Origin: Eledone cirrhosa
Lineage: Eukaryota
Reading direction: 5' to 3'
Assembly (NCBI GenBank): GCA_964016885.1
Contig: OZ024741.1
Span: 84,630,001-84,694,000, forward strand
Length of the DNA stretch: 64,000 nucleotides
A program made the position numbers and the translations under genes. Below the pieces are notes generated by a model. It made no database searches. It had not been told where the DNA came from and worked only from the letters and a program-made list of their open reading frames with translations. This document shows, in pieces, positions 1 to 15,500 of this stretch. Position 1 is the stretch's first letter, and each line of letters opens with the position of its first letter.

Positions 1-1365
1 GACAGGATGAGAATGTCAGATATGATGGACCCATAAATAAGGAGAGAACCAGAACTGAATACCTCAGAAGAGTAAAGAAAATATGGTCATCAGAACTGTC
101 AGCATACAACAAATACATTGCCCACAATACTTATGCTGTGCCAATTCTAACGCCAACATTTGGCCTGCTGAACTGGTCATTGCAAGAACTAAGTGAGATG
201 GATGTTAGAACTCGAAAACTTCTCAGTGTTACTGGGAAATTTAACATCAATGATGATGTGGATAGGCTATACTTCTCACGCAAGGAAGGTGGCCGGGGTC
301 TAAAATCAATATTAACAACATATGAGACCCGGATAGTAACACTGAAGCAACACATTCAACAGAGGAAAAAGGTTGGCAACCATCTTGCCCAGGTTTATGA
401 GCATGAACAAAAAAATATCATTAGAATAGCGACTGATCTGGAGGAGAGATATGGAATAAAGCCTGATATAAATCTCTCACCCAGAGAAATCGGAAGATCC
501 TATTCAATGTTCAAACAAGATAAAAAAAAATGGCCAATTTACAGAAAAAGTTGTGCATGGATACTTGAGGCGTAAAACACAGACCATAGAGGGGATAAAC
601 CACTCAAAAAGCCTGGCATGGAGTTCCGACAAGTTTATGACATAACACCTTGAGGGATATCTCTATGCAATACAGAAACAAGAACTCGCTACCAAATATC
701 TGCTGCACAAAAGAGGAGGGCCAGCAGCTGACAATAAATGAAGGCTATGTAAAACAATCATTGTTGCCAGCTGCGAAAGAATGTCATCTCGCTACTACCT
801 CCCCATGAGACACGATGGGATAGCTAGAACCATCTGGAACGCACTTCGGAAAACAAAATTAACAACAAACGAGGAGGAATATATTGAGACGGATGGCACT
901 AAGGAATACTGCTGGAACCTGAAAATAAAAACTGCCAGCAAATTAAAGCACAACCGGCCTGATGTTGTTGTTTGGGACCACACATTGAAAACCTGTTCTG
1001 TTGTGGAGATCAGCTGCCCACTTGATGTAAACGTTGTCAGAAAAATACAGGAGAAGGAGGACATCTACGGACCATTGATAAGGATTTTACAAATCCAGTA
1101 TCCAAGATACACCTTTAGCTTCATACCCATCATTATTGGAGCTACAGGTTATATACCAACCCGCTTCGACCAAAGTATGACTGAACTTGGATTTGCAGAC
1201 AAAAACGCAGCTCCCTAATTCATAGTCTACAAATGGCTGCGACAGCTGCCACCTTCAAAATTTGCAAAACATTCTTGCGATTCAAGGGATGACACTTTCT
1301 TTTCTTTTACAACCTTGCCACCAGGAAGGTGGCCGGTCAAAAAAATATACTCGAAATTAAGAGAA
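1..1365 (+). mobile_element. 3' part of a degenerate R4/Dong-like non-LTR retrotransposon (RT C-terminus plus restriction-like endonuclease), ending at a (TACA)n tract
   Basis: ORF 138-575 has RLYFSRKEGGRGL. ORF 781-1218 has RHD...NRPDVVVWD...VEISCPLD...KEDIY, typical of the REL endonuclease. Frameshifts and stops are present. Confidence 0.85.
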
Positions 1366-1414
1366 AGAGATACATACATACATACATACATACATACATA
1401 CATACATACATACA

Positions 1415-2005
1415 TGGTGGCTGCCAACTCGTTTTCGAGTATGGCCACTACTTTATATCCATGTAGGAGAACTCCTACCGATGCGCTGAACGAGTGTGAC
1501 TTTTTACTCCAGCCAGCGACTTGAAAACTCAGGTACAACACTACACCTGTGACAATTATTGACACATAGTGCTGGGCCCATGGTACCATGTGACGACAAG
1601 TGCAGAGAGATCTCCAGATATAAAGCAATGTCTGTGCCGTGAAGCTTTTATAGTGAGCAAAGGCACTGCACAAAGCCAGTCCCACTCTCTTAACCAAAAA
1701 GAAGAACAAGTCAACATCATTGGATACCATCAGGGTTGCAGGTGTTATATCAGAGTTTTCCTTCTCCTAGAATTCTGCCTTGACAAAGGCTAAGGGGTCA
1801 TCTCTCCCGGTGATTTTGGATGGCCATTGACTCTTAAGAGCGCCTTTGCCCTTTGACAGGTTTTGTTTTTAGTCCTGCAGGATGTCCAAAGTCACCCTCC
1901 TCACCAAGAAACCTTGGTGGGGTTGCCAGTTTAGTCGCCAACGTCCCGACCATGAGACAGGTTGTACTGGGATACATGTTACCAGTAGCACCAACTGGTG
2001 ACCTG
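1415..2005 (-). mobile_element. ~590 bp non-autonomous retroelement (RTE-type UTR-like) embedded in (TACA)n, copy 1
   Basis: Highly similar to 12318-12910 in the opposite orientation. Contains CTAGGAGAAGGAAAACTCTG, an RTE-associated motif recalled from memory. (TACA)n lies on both sides. Confidence 0.7.
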
Positions 2006-2156
2006 ATACATACATACATACATACATACATACATACATACATACATACATACATACATACATACATACATACATACATACATACATACATACATACATA
2101 CATACATACATACATACATACATACATACATACATACATACATACATACATACATA
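2006..2156. repeat. (TACA)n microsatellite, representative of dozens of (TA)n, (CA)n, (GA)n and (TACA)n tracts in the window
   Basis: Directly visible. These tracts generate most of the low-complexity YIYI/THTH/CVCV ORFs. Confidence 0.99.
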
Positions 2157-2779
2157 CCGTTAATGTGTGCCATTTACAGTTCAGAGCAAAGCCAGTCCAT
2201 TACAAACAAATAATAATAAAATTAAAAATCATAAATGAAATCATAAAATAATGCAATATTATTGTAAAGAAAAGCAATCATTTGGAAACGCTGAATTAGT
2301 AAAAAAAAACTTTGGTTGTGGGTGGCATTATTAGTAATTAATATGAAATATTTCCTTCAATATTACAGAGCCGATATTTACAGTATTAGGCAGTACCTTA
2401 TCTCTGCCAGTATTCGAACAATATCTCAAATGAATGTGGAGGATAAACGGAGGGTGGTGGTTGTAAAAAGTTATTCTATTCGACATGATACATATGATCG
2501 AACTAACATTACATACACGCTATGGTGATATGCGCTGTATTGTCCGGTTCTTTTGTTGTTGATATTTTCTGTTGTATTGTTGTATTATTGTTTGTTATTC
2601 TTTTGCTAACAACCAACTACAGTTAACAAATTATTTTCGAAGGTTCTCATTTACAAACGTGATACTGTTACCATTGCTTCTGTTTCAGTTGCTACCACCA
2701 CTATTTCTTCTTCGTCTCTTCTACCTACTACTATTACTACGATTACCACTATTTTTTTCTTTTTGTTTATTATAATATA

Positions 2780-2843
<64 letters not shown>

Positions 2844-3899
2844 TGTGTGTGTAAATACGGACACATAGAAACACATGCATATATATGTATATATAAAGAG
2901 CGAGCTAGATAAAGAAACATGGCAACTAGTAAGGGTTATGAAGTCAAAGATTGCGAACACGGACTTGCCTATTAATTCATATATGCATATGGCTGTGTGT
3001 TATATAAAACCGATTACAGTGAGGATTATGTAAAAATCCTTACATCCCTTGGTCTAAATCCAATACTGCCAGAAATATCCATTTAATGGTGGGAGAAAAT
3101 AACCAAGGGAAACAATGGAAACAACAGTAAGAATCAGTAATCTAATTTATATAATTATAGCAAGATAACTACAACAAAAATTGATATTCTTTCACTTGTT
3201 TAACCCCAGGTTAGCCCTGATTGATAATAACGGCATTAAATCTATTCTGGCCATCACCGTTGTATCTTACAGCCATTATTTATCTTCGTCTATATTATTT
3301 AATGCAGTGGTTAGCAATCTCTACGCACCGAGATGTAATCAGGGGCGCCACGAAATAGTATAATTCTAATTCAAAATATGAGAAATACTAATTGAAATTC
3401 GTCACTAAGTTCATATATAACTGTCAAAATAGGGGAAGCAAATAAACTATGAATGAAAACCTGTCAAAAGCACCATATGCTTTTCTTCTAATTAATCCAT
3501 TTATTGAATAATGAAGGAAGCGGAAATATATTTTTTTATTTTTTTATTATTAATATTTCTACTTTATTTTTTAATTATTTATATTTTTACTTTCTTTTAT
3601 GCCAATTTGTGTAAAAATAAAACTCATTTATGAATAATTATCTAATTTAGGTACAAAGTGTACTAAAAATTTTTTTTTTTTCTATAGTAATCCGTAAGTA
3701 AAATATAAAACGTTTGGGAATTAATGGTCTAATAAGTCATTTTTCTTTAAATACAACAGAGGAATATTTGACAGCTACTTCTAACATGTCAAGCGACTAC
3801 AAACAGAGTACCTTATTGCTTTGATAAGAGATCTGAAGTGGGTATTGTTCGTAGGTTCATTACTGAAAATTTCGTATCCTTGTGTTATAAAAGGCACGA

Positions 3900-4544
3900 A
3901 TTATTTGTAGATACCATCTGAGGGGATTAGTCAAGGAAATTTCAGTTCGAATTCACTGCTGACTTCTACAAGAAATATATATTGCCAAACGGAAAATATA
4001 AAAAACATCTTGACTAATGCGAAACTGATGATATCATTATTTGGAAGTACATATGCTTGTGAACAACTTTTTTCCAAAATGAAATATAATAAAAGTCATT
4101 TACGAACAAGGTTGCGTGAAGACCACCTGGATGATGTTTTGCTCCTGTCATCAACAAATATTTCACCTGATGTGGAGAAGTTATCACACAATAAGCAGAA
4201 ACAAGTGTCTCATTAAATCATTTACCATTTCTAACTGTATTTCGTTTGTAGCAAGGTATTTGTTTTTTTTTTGTTGATTGTGATAGTAGTTGTTTTTCTG
4301 TTATTCCTGCAGTAAAATAAGGAATTTGCCTTTTTTTTGTTGAATGTGGTTGTAGTTTATTATTTTTTTTTTTTTGTTATTCCTGCAGTAAAATAAGGGG
4401 CCTTATTAAAATTAAAATTATATTAAATTCCTTGTTTTGCTTTAAACCTCCAGAAAATTTATTTACATATTTAATAACATGGCCCTCCTCCATGAGGCTG
4501 CATAGCTGTTTGGCCCTCTCTCTCCAAAAGGTTGCCGACACCTG
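3900..4544 (+). mobile_element. hAT (SPIN/Charlie-like) transposon 3' remnant with C-terminal dimerisation domain and right TIR
   Basis: ORF 4010-4216 reads SLFGSTYACEQLFSKMKYNKSHLRTRL..HLDDVLLL. A TIR-like AAGGTTGCCGACACCTG lies at 4528-4544. Confidence 0.8.
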
Positions 4545-4559
4545 CATTAGAACCACATG

Positions 4560-4990
4560 CCCAAAATATCGGAGCTAAGATCTCTCAATTCGAACAAGTA
4601 GCAACTTTACTGCACCAGCTCCTGCAATTCTGTACTTTATTCAGCCTCCTACCTTCCATCACTCGTGAACACGGTCCCGAGGTACTTGAACTTCAGTGTA
4701 CTTGAGCTTCAGTGGAACTACATTCACAGTTAGAGTGCACTACGCATGTGTCTCAGTTTTCGCAGCACTGATTTTTATTCTAGCCATGCAGCACTCGACA
4801 TGTAACTTGTCAAGTGCAAGTCGGAGATCACCTTCTAAGACCATGTCGTCTTAAATTCCAGCAGAATGATTTTACACACACCACTCGTATTATCACTTCC
4901 AACCCAGCTGCGCATGTCAATTCTGTTCATGAAAATAATGAACAGGAAAACTACCCGTATGCACCTTATCGAAGTCAGACTCCCACATTA
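4560..4990 (-). mobile_element. Degenerate RTE-clade RT fragment
   Basis: Minus strand near 4620-4695 reads KFKYLGTVFTSDGR...RIAGAGAV across stops and a frameshift. Confidence 0.55.
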
Positions 4991-5186
4991 AATGGTTTAG
5001 TTTTAGCACCACTTATCCAAAATTGCATTAAAATATCAGGAACCAAGTAATATACTGTTCTTACAAGTCAGTTGTTTAATAATGGTTACCATATATATAT
5101 ATATGATCTAAATAAAACCTGTGTGTATGTGTATGTACACATAGGTATACAAACACAAACACACACACACACACATGTATATATCT

Positions 5187-5217
<31 letters not shown>

Positions 5218-5584
5218 TATGCATTTATGTATTTATGTATTTGTGTGATGCTTTCTATATGTGGGTATGTACCATTGACTTATGTGTCTGTTTGTATTAG
5301 TGTGCGCGGATATGAAATGGAGAAAAGATACGATAGACAGTTGACCACACCATTGCCGCAATTGATGTGCTGTTAATTGTCAAATGATGATATATATTCG
5401 TTCTCGTTGTTTTGTTTTTACTCTTTAATTAACAGACGTTTGTTTGATGTCACCGCGGCTTTTGAAGAAGCAAAATTAAATCTGTTGCTGACTGCTTTCA
5501 TGTGTTACCTACCGTACCCTGCTAAATATTCCATACAAAATGATTGACTATACTTTGAGCTTATCTATACGTTTAGATATATAC

Positions 5585-5647
<63 letters not shown>

Positions 5648-5789
5648 TAAGCAAAGATTAATATGATTCATTGATTACTCAATGAATATAGTTTTACAAT
5701 AGATTAAAAGCACTCTACAAAGAAGCTTTCTGGAGTTATTAATATTATTCAAAATATTAATAAATGAATACGTTCACATAATCAAAATA

Positions 5790-5860
5790 TATGTTTTATT
5801 ATATATATTTCGGAGGTACTGTGCTGTTTTTTCAGTACGCCCTCATCAAATAAAATATAT
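5790..5860 (-). ncRNA. Type I hammerhead motif with C3>U (probably decayed)
   Basis: TTTTAT-TTGATGA-GGGCGTACTG..CAGTACCTCC-GAAA-TATATA-TA-ATAAAA. Confidence 0.6.
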
Positions 5861-6051
5861 GAATTGATGCATGACATACCTCAACTGTCTTGATGGTTCA
5901 ATTCCAGTCTTGGTAGTGATTTATTACAACAAATCTCAATATTTATATACACAAATAATATATTTAAGTTTAGCATCTTATTATTTGTGTATATAAATAT
6001 TGAGATTTGTTGTAATGAATCACTAACAAGAATGTTTCCATTAATTAATAT

Positions 6052-6156
<105 letters not shown>

Positions 6157-6441
6157 TAGATTATATATATATTTATTAAAATAACAGATTAAAGTTTAAG
6201 CAAAGAATCGCTGCTTTCACCCTTAACGGGATCTTCTGAAACTAACAAAGTCAATCTGTAAACGCAGAACTGGATATTTCAAAAAACGTTGCAACCGGAG
6301 GAAGACAGGAAGACGATACTTTGGTTCATGGTGACGTTCGCTGGCAAAAAACGGGAAAAAACGAATAATACGTCATTAATAGGAGCGGTGAAAAACAATT
6401 ACGTGCAAGGACAGAACCACGTTTATGGTATATTAATAGAT

Positions 6442-6472
<31 letters not shown>

Positions 6473-6500
6473 GAGAAGGAGCACACAAGTTGGAATATAT

Positions 6501-7200
6501 ATATGTGAATAAGGAGAAAAAGACGATTATTAGGAAGAAAAATATTTTGTTTTCCTTTTGTTTTTTTCTCTGGGTTAGAAAATGTTTAAAACAAAATATT
6601 TTACTTTGTGTGAAGTGTTAAGGTATTAGTTAATTTATTTATTAATTAACAATGGTATTTATTTCTATATTTATTTCTATATTTAATAATTGTCTATTAC
6701 CGGTTTCAGCATTTTTCAGAGGTGGGGATTTGTATTGGTATAAAATGTTGGAGAGAAGATAACGTGATGTTGAACATGTTAAGGAAATGGGAAAGAAAGA
6801 ATAATATTATTTACAAACAAGGTTTTTGAAGTAAAAAGAAAAAAGAAAAAAAAGGGGGTGATGTGGAACATGATAAGGTAAAGGGAAAGAAAGAATAATA
6901 TTAGTTACAGGCATAGTTCTTGAGCATAAGCAGTTTAAAAAGTGTTATTATGGCAAGAGCGTTTGGTTGGTCCATAATTAAATCTTGGTTTGTCAAAATT
7001 ATTTAATATATAAATAAATGAATAAATAAATAAATGCTATTGTTAATTAATAAATAAATTAACTAATACCTTAACATTTCACACAAATTAAAATATTTTG
7101 TTTTAAACATTCTCTAACCCAGAAAAAAGAGAAAATAATAAAAGAAAAAAAAAAAATTTTTCTTCCTAATAATCGTCTTTTTCTCTCTATTTACACATAT
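6501..7200. mobile_element. Inverted-repeat structure (arms about 6501-6653 and 7039-7200), probable PLE terminus remnant
   Basis: ~150 bp diverged inverted arms flanked by (TA)n. A broken HHR-like CTGAAAA..GAAACCGGTA lies on the minus strand at about 6697-6720. Confidence 0.55.
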
Positions 7201-7930
7201 ATATATATGGGGTGGGTCTGTGTGTGTGAGAAAGAGAGGGTGTGTGTGTGAGGGGGGGGGGAGTATAGAACAACGAAAATTAAAAAAAGGCGAAGATCGG
7301 TTCTTAATTAATTTACGAATGTTTCAGCGTGGGGAGTGATCATAATATATCGATAGTCTTTATGCCACCACGTATTTCTAGTCTCCATAACCTATATCCA
7401 TCTCTCAGTATTGCTCAGAAGCAAATCACACACACACACACCCATACACACACACACACACACAGACACACACACAAACACACACATATATATATATATG
7501 TGTGTGTGTGTGTAGTTTAATGTCCATTCTTATAAAGAAACTGCATAATTTGACGTTTGCGGCTTGAAAGGCCCTTCTCCCCCATACTCATAATTAGGGC
7601 TGGGGTTTGGCAAATATGGATGATGACTGAGGTAGGGATTATCAAGTATGTTTTAGTTCAAGTATAGACATTTAATTCATGATTGCTGTAGGTATATTCG
7701 GATGTATAGTCTATGTATTTGACCGTCCTACTAGCTTATTCGCATATATATGTGTGTATGTGTATGCGTGTGTGTGTGTGTGTGTGGTGTATATATATAT
7801 ATATATAATTTATATGATGTATATATGTATGTATATATAGGGTAGTCGTTGAAGCTGACTAGACTGGTTGGAGTAATAACAGTCTTATTTACGTTTATAT
7901 ATATATACATATATACACAGAGAGAGACAG

Positions 7931-7973
<43 letters not shown>

Positions 7974-8238
7974 AGGAGAGAGAGAGAGATCCGTATGTGG
8001 GTGACGGTTGAGAGAAACAAAAATAGTACTCAATACCAAAGTATAGTCTTAATATTCATTTTATTAACGCTAAAATGTGAGTTTTGTTATTTTGGAGTTT
8101 TGCCTGATTAAGTAAACAGGCGAATACCAAGACTGTTTGAATAAACTCCTAAGTAACAAGACTCACTGTTTAGCCTCAATAAATGCATATATATATATAT
8201 AAATATATATATATAAATATATATATAAATATATATGA

Positions 8239-9970
<1,732 letters not shown>

Positions 9971-10399
9971 ACATCTTTATTCTGTGATAGGACTTATGCA
10001 AATATATAAGCAATATGTCGTGTGCTCATAGAAATAACGTCTACTTCTGATATAACATGGTGATTTACGATTTACAATAAGATTCCGCGGAAATTTTATA
10101 TGTTTATCTGCATACCATATAAAAAAAAACATTCCAGTAAACTCCAACTATTGATTAAACTTTGCTATTGTAGTATTCATCTTGAAATAATATCAGCTAT
10201 ATCATAATCATATCAATGAATGGAAAATTGAAAGATATTGTGATAATAGATTCAATATAACTGTACGACAAAGTGGACAACAATTCTATACACCGAATCG
10301 TATTTATTTTATTGCTTCCATTTTCTTTAAATTAACACACACACACGCACACACACAGATTGACAGACAGACAGACACACATATATATTTATATATATG

Positions 10400-10458
<59 letters not shown>

Positions 10459-11186
10459 CTGTGTGTGTGTGTGTTCGTATGTATATATATATATATAGAT
10501 AGATAGATAAATATGTGTATTCTATATAGATTATTCCTCTAATTGTTGGTGACAGTCTTGTTTGTCTTGTTTTAGATGTTATTATACAACAATTGTTGTT
10601 TAATCATTTCATATTCTCACAACTAATATGATTGAGTATTACTATATTATTATTCTTTTCATTGTCACAACCCTTTCGTTAACATAGAACTGAGGAAAGA
10701 TAGTACTTATGATTTCGAAATGATTTTGTAAATTATCAACAATGTGTAGGGATTTAGTGATACAACTTACGTTCACTTTATTAGAAAGTTATTTGGAGCA
10801 TAACTTGAGAAACGTTCTTGCATAAAATTATGAATTTTTTTTAAATAAATATAAACATTTCAAACAGTTTGTATCATATTACTAGGGCTGGTTTGATGTG
10901 TGTTGGGATACAAACAAAGGTTTAAATTATCTTGGTATTCCCAAACGATGGACAATATCGATAACCTGAATCGGACATATGGTATCGATTCATATTTAAC
11001 GCCATTTCATATATGCTGGTATTTCCGCCTAGAAAGAGTTATTTATGGACAGAATAGTTCATCAGGTTCTTGGATTACAGAAATGCTTAAGAGTTGTGTA
11101 AAACGATATACAAAGTTTCGTTATGTCCCTTAATGACCTGAAATCAAATCTTGCCAAGTACAAATTGACTTTCTTTCCTCTGATAA

Positions 11187-11242
<56 letters not shown>

Positions 11243-11317
11243 GGTTGGGGGGGTGTACATGTGCGCATGCGTGTGTGTGTGTGAGTGTGTGTGTATATGT
11301 TGCTGTGTTTCTGTGTT

Positions 11318-11359
<42 letters not shown>

Positions 11360-11379
11360 TATTCAAACGGCAAACAGAA

Positions 11380-12290
11380 AAAACAAAGCAAAATAACTGT
11401 GCCCTGAAGAAATATATTATTAGTTTTAGGTTCGATATCGTAGGAAAAGAGTCTTAACATTTCGTCAGAAAATAGAATGAGAAATTAAAGAAGAAATAGA
11501 AATAGAAGAATTTAGGAGACTGTGCAGTGGCAGAAATAGAAAACATTTTCTAGTTAAAAAAAACATGTTTATTCACGTCTCCTCTCCTGTCTAAAAAAAA
11601 ATTGTCTATTCACGTCTCCTCCTCTCCATCTGTTGATGCTGGCGTTTTATATCAGATGATGGTGTTTTGAAAGGTGGTGATCGAACTCGTCTAGCTGAAA
11701 AGGTGAAAAAAAACGTTTTATATATAGAGCTGTACGTGTGTCTGTTTGTCTGTTTGTTATTCGTCCCTAACGAAACTAAGAGGATATGTGTGTGTGTTTG
11801 TAAGGGCAAAGCTATAGGCGTATATATGTGTATATAAGGGTGTGTGTGTGTTTATGTGTGTTGGTTGTTGGTCCTTGCAGAGTGAAGGTAAGTATGTGTG
11901 TGTTTTTGATGGTCTGTATAAGCTTTAAGAGTGTGTGTTTCTGGCCATGACAGAATCATAGGTATCTAGAGGGTGAATGTATGCGTACATGTATGACAAC
12001 AGCGAAGTTTATAGACATAAGCACGAGCGTATATATACAAGATTATAGAAATTGGTGAGACGAGTTGAGTCCATTAGAGAAACTGCACCCAAGGCGGAAT
12101 ATGAGACTCTGCTCCGATCTGGTGCGTGAGGCCAGTGATCCATAATGTAAAAGAACATCAAGAAGTAAGACAGTTAAGGGAGAATGGCAGAGGGAACGGA
12201 AATGAATAGCGAATGGAGTGTACATGCCACGTCTAATTGTTCCTAAAGTGTTCACACAAACGGTGCACCTGGAGGTTATAGATAACGTTG
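11380..12290 (-). mobile_element. Second Neptune-like PLE 3' remnant (GIY-YIG end plus terminus with deleted HHR stem II)
   Basis: ORF 12043-12426 ends ..RSEQSLIFRLG..NGLNS. The terminus is homologous to 8275-8600. Confidence 0.7.
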
Positions 12291-12317
12291 GTATGTATGT
12301 ATGTATGTATGTATGTA

Positions 12318-12910
12318 TGCTACTGGTAACATGTATCCCAGTACAACCTGTCTCATGGTCGAGTCGTTGGCGACTAAACTGGCAACCCCACCAAGGTTTC
12401 TTGGTGAGGAGGGTGACTTTGGACATCCTGCAGGACTAAAAACAAAACCTGTCAAAGGGAAAAGGAGCTCTTAAGAGTCAATGGCCATCCAAAATCACCG
12501 GGAGAGATGACCCCTTAGCCTTTGTCAAGGCAGAATTCTAGGAGAAGGAAAACTCTGATATAACACCTGCAACCCTGATGGTATCCAATGATGTTGACTT
12601 GTTCTTCTTTTTGGTAAATATCCTTTTGGTTAAGAGAGTGGGACTGGCTTTGTGCAGTGCCTTTGCTCACTATAAAAGCTTCACGGCACAGGCATTGCTT
12701 TAGATCTGGAGATCTCTCTGCACTTGTCATCACATTGTGCCATGGGCCCAGCACTATGTCAATAATTGTCACAAGTGTAGTGTTTGTACCAGAGTTTTCA
12801 AGTCGCTGGCTGGACTGAAAAGTCACACTCATTCAGCGCATCGGTAGAGGTTCTCCTACATGGATATAAAGTAGTGGCCGTACTCGAAAACGAGTTGGCA
12901 GCCACCACCA
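12318..12910 (+). mobile_element. Copy 2 of the (TACA)n-embedded non-autonomous element
   Basis: Reverse complement of 1415-1990, flanked by (TATG)n. Confidence 0.75.
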
Positions 12911-13546
12911 TGTATGTATGTATGTATGTATGTATGTATGTATGTATGTATGTATGTATGTATGTATGAATGTATGTATTAATTATGTACCCCTAGCTTC
13001 TCTCAGGGTATTCTTCTAGGAGAAGACAGCTCAAGAACCTGGCATAAAACCTGCAGGTCAGCAGTTACTGATGATCTTGATCTTTTCTTGTTTTCGGATT
13101 ATAGCTACAGTCGCTCAAAGAGTGGATCACTGCACAGTCTTTCCTCACTTTAAAAAATATCTATACGCACAGGCATTGCACGATAGCATTAATTGATAAT
13201 TATCAATAATGTTATATCGTGCAATGGCCTTACTCGATAACGAGGGGGAAGTTATCACGTATATATGTATGTGTTTGTGCATGAATACGTGTGTGTGAAT
13301 GTTTACACATATATATATATATAATAGCAAACTAATGAAGAATAAATGGTCGGCTGTACAATATATATGTGTGTGTGTGTGTACAGATTGGAGGCGGTAA
13401 AAATCAGTTAGAACATTATTACTCACCAGAGTACTCGATACGTGGAGTAGTAGAGTGGGTAATATGAAAACATTTAGGATCCCGCCGGCTGAGTTCAGAT
13501 CTACCTATTGAAAGGTCCGGAGCTCAGCCGTCGGGGTGCTGAATTT

Positions 13547-13614
<68 letters not shown>

Positions 13615-13715
13615 ATATGTATGTATATATATATATATATATATAGATAGATGTGTGTGTGTGTATGTATATATATATATATATAGATATATAGATAGAT
13701 AGATATGTGTGTGTG

Positions 13716-13751
<36 letters not shown>

Positions 13752-14128
13752 AGGAAAAAAGATGGAATCGAAAATGCAATTGAGATGGAGGGTTTGTGGT
13801 TTATAAACCACAAACCCTCCATCTCAATTCTACTTTTGAAACGCACAAGAACTGCAAAACTGGTAAAGGAACCAAATAAATATTTTTAAAAAGACTCCAG
13901 TTGCATTTTCGATTCCATCTTTTTTCCTTATACTTTCACTCGTGTAGGACATCTCGTTTTTTTTTCATTTTGTAAAAAGACCTCATTTTATAATATATAT
14001 ATATATATATAAGTTGTAATAAAATGAAAACGAAATTTCATTTCTCACTCTTCGTACGGCACTTACTTAAATGTAAGTATGTATGTATACGTACATACAT
14101 ATATGTATACAGACGTACAGTAGCATGC

Positions 14129-14159
<31 letters not shown>

Positions 14160-14309
14160 CAGGTACACATACATATATGTACGTATCAGTTTAGCGGACG
14201 TTTATTATAACGCCCGCTTTGTCCGTTTGTAAACAAACTGACAGCCTGAATTTATGCCGTACGGTGTTAAGGCAACCATGTCACCTTTTTGTTCAACACT
14301 GACACAGGA

Positions 14310-14352
14310 ACGATGTACTAGTTTCAAGCTTCCTAGCTATCATCAGCACCGT
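14310..14352 (-). ncRNA. Minimal type I hammerhead
   Basis: ACGGTG-CTGATGA-TAGCT(AGGA)AGCTT-GAAA-CTAG-TA-CATCGT. Confidence 0.8.
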
Positions 14353-14514
14353 ATACCCTTCTGCTAGATGGTTGAACGTTCGAAAGTATATACTTTCCTT
14401 ATGAAAATTAACGGCTGAGCAGCCTAATTTGCATATCGAGTGAGTTCAGTCGGCCAGGCCGACTGAACTCACTCGATATGCAAATTAGTAGAAGTGTTTA
14501 TTTCTAAAGGGTAT

Positions 14515-14557
14515 ACGGTGCTGATGATAGCTAAGAAGCTTGAAACTAGTACATCGT
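14515..14557 (+). ncRNA. Minimal type I hammerhead
   Basis: ACGGTG-CTGATGA-TAGCT(AAGA)AGCTT-GAAA-CTAG-TA-CATCGT, palindromic stem III ACTAGT. Confidence 0.85.
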
Positions 14558-14738
14558 TCCTGTGTCAGTGTTGAACAAAAAGGTGACGTGGTTGCCTTAA
14601 CACCGTACGGCATAAATTCAGGCTGTCAGTTTGTTTACAAACGGACAAAGCGGGCGTTATAATAAACGTCCGCTAAACTGATACGTACATATATGTATGT
14701 GTACCTGTATGTATATATATATATATATATATATAAAA

Positions 14739-14799
<61 letters not shown>

Positions 14800-15035
14800 T
14801 GCTACTGTACGTCTGTATACATATATGTATGTACGTATACATACATACTTACATTTAAGTAAGTGCCGTACTAAGAGTGAGAAATGAAATTTCGTTTTCA
14901 TTTTATTACAACTTATCGTTTTCGGTGCGCCTGGCCGACTGAACTCACTCGATATGCAAATTAGGCTGCTCAGCCGTTAATTTTCAAAAGGAAAGTATAT
15001 ACTTTCGAACGTTCAACCATCTGGCAGAAGGGTAT

Positions 15036-15078
15036 ACTGTGCTGATGATAGCTAAGAAGCTTGAAACTAGTACATCGT
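15036..15078 (+). ncRNA. Minimal type I hammerhead (tandem copy)
   Basis: Same motif as 14515-14557 with one stem I change. Confidence 0.8.
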
Positions 15079-15228
15079 TCCTGTGTCAGTGTTGAACAAA
15101 AAGGTGACGTGGTTGCCTTAACACCGTACGGCATAAATTCAGGCTGTCAGTTTGTTTACAAACGGACAAAGCGGGCGTTATAATAAACGTCCGCTAAACT
15201 GATACGTACATATATGTATGTGTACCTG

Positions 15229-15264
<36 letters not shown>

Positions 15265-15312
15265 TGCTACTGTACGTCTGTATACATATATGTATGTACG
15301 TATACATACATA

Positions 15313-15374
<62 letters not shown>

Positions 15375-15500
15375 GTAGTAGGTGAGTTTTATTGTAGTAC
15401 AATAAAGCAATGCAGATATCGGATAAGAAGCACTCTACAGTTTGTAGGACTGGAGTATACATAATATAAGATCAAAAGATGGTTAAAGGAGTTCCATGTA

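Larger units (their letters stand above)
14011..15316. mobile_element. PLE pseudo-LTR array: inverted copy (14011-14455) plus two direct copies (14457-14915, 14932-15316), each with an HHR
   Basis: Near-identical ~400 bp units in the inverted-plus-tandem arrangement characteristic of PLE termini. Confidence 0.85.

Noticed and set aside
3305-4544. Complete hAT element bounded by CAGTGGTTAGCAATCT and AGGTTGCCGACACCTG
   Set aside because: The TIRs match only loosely and the flanking 8-mers (ATTTAATG and CATTAGAA) are not a TSD, so the left boundary is unsupported.
13060-13140. CTGATGA box as a hammerhead
   Set aside because: No compatible GAAA, stem III or stem I partner was found.
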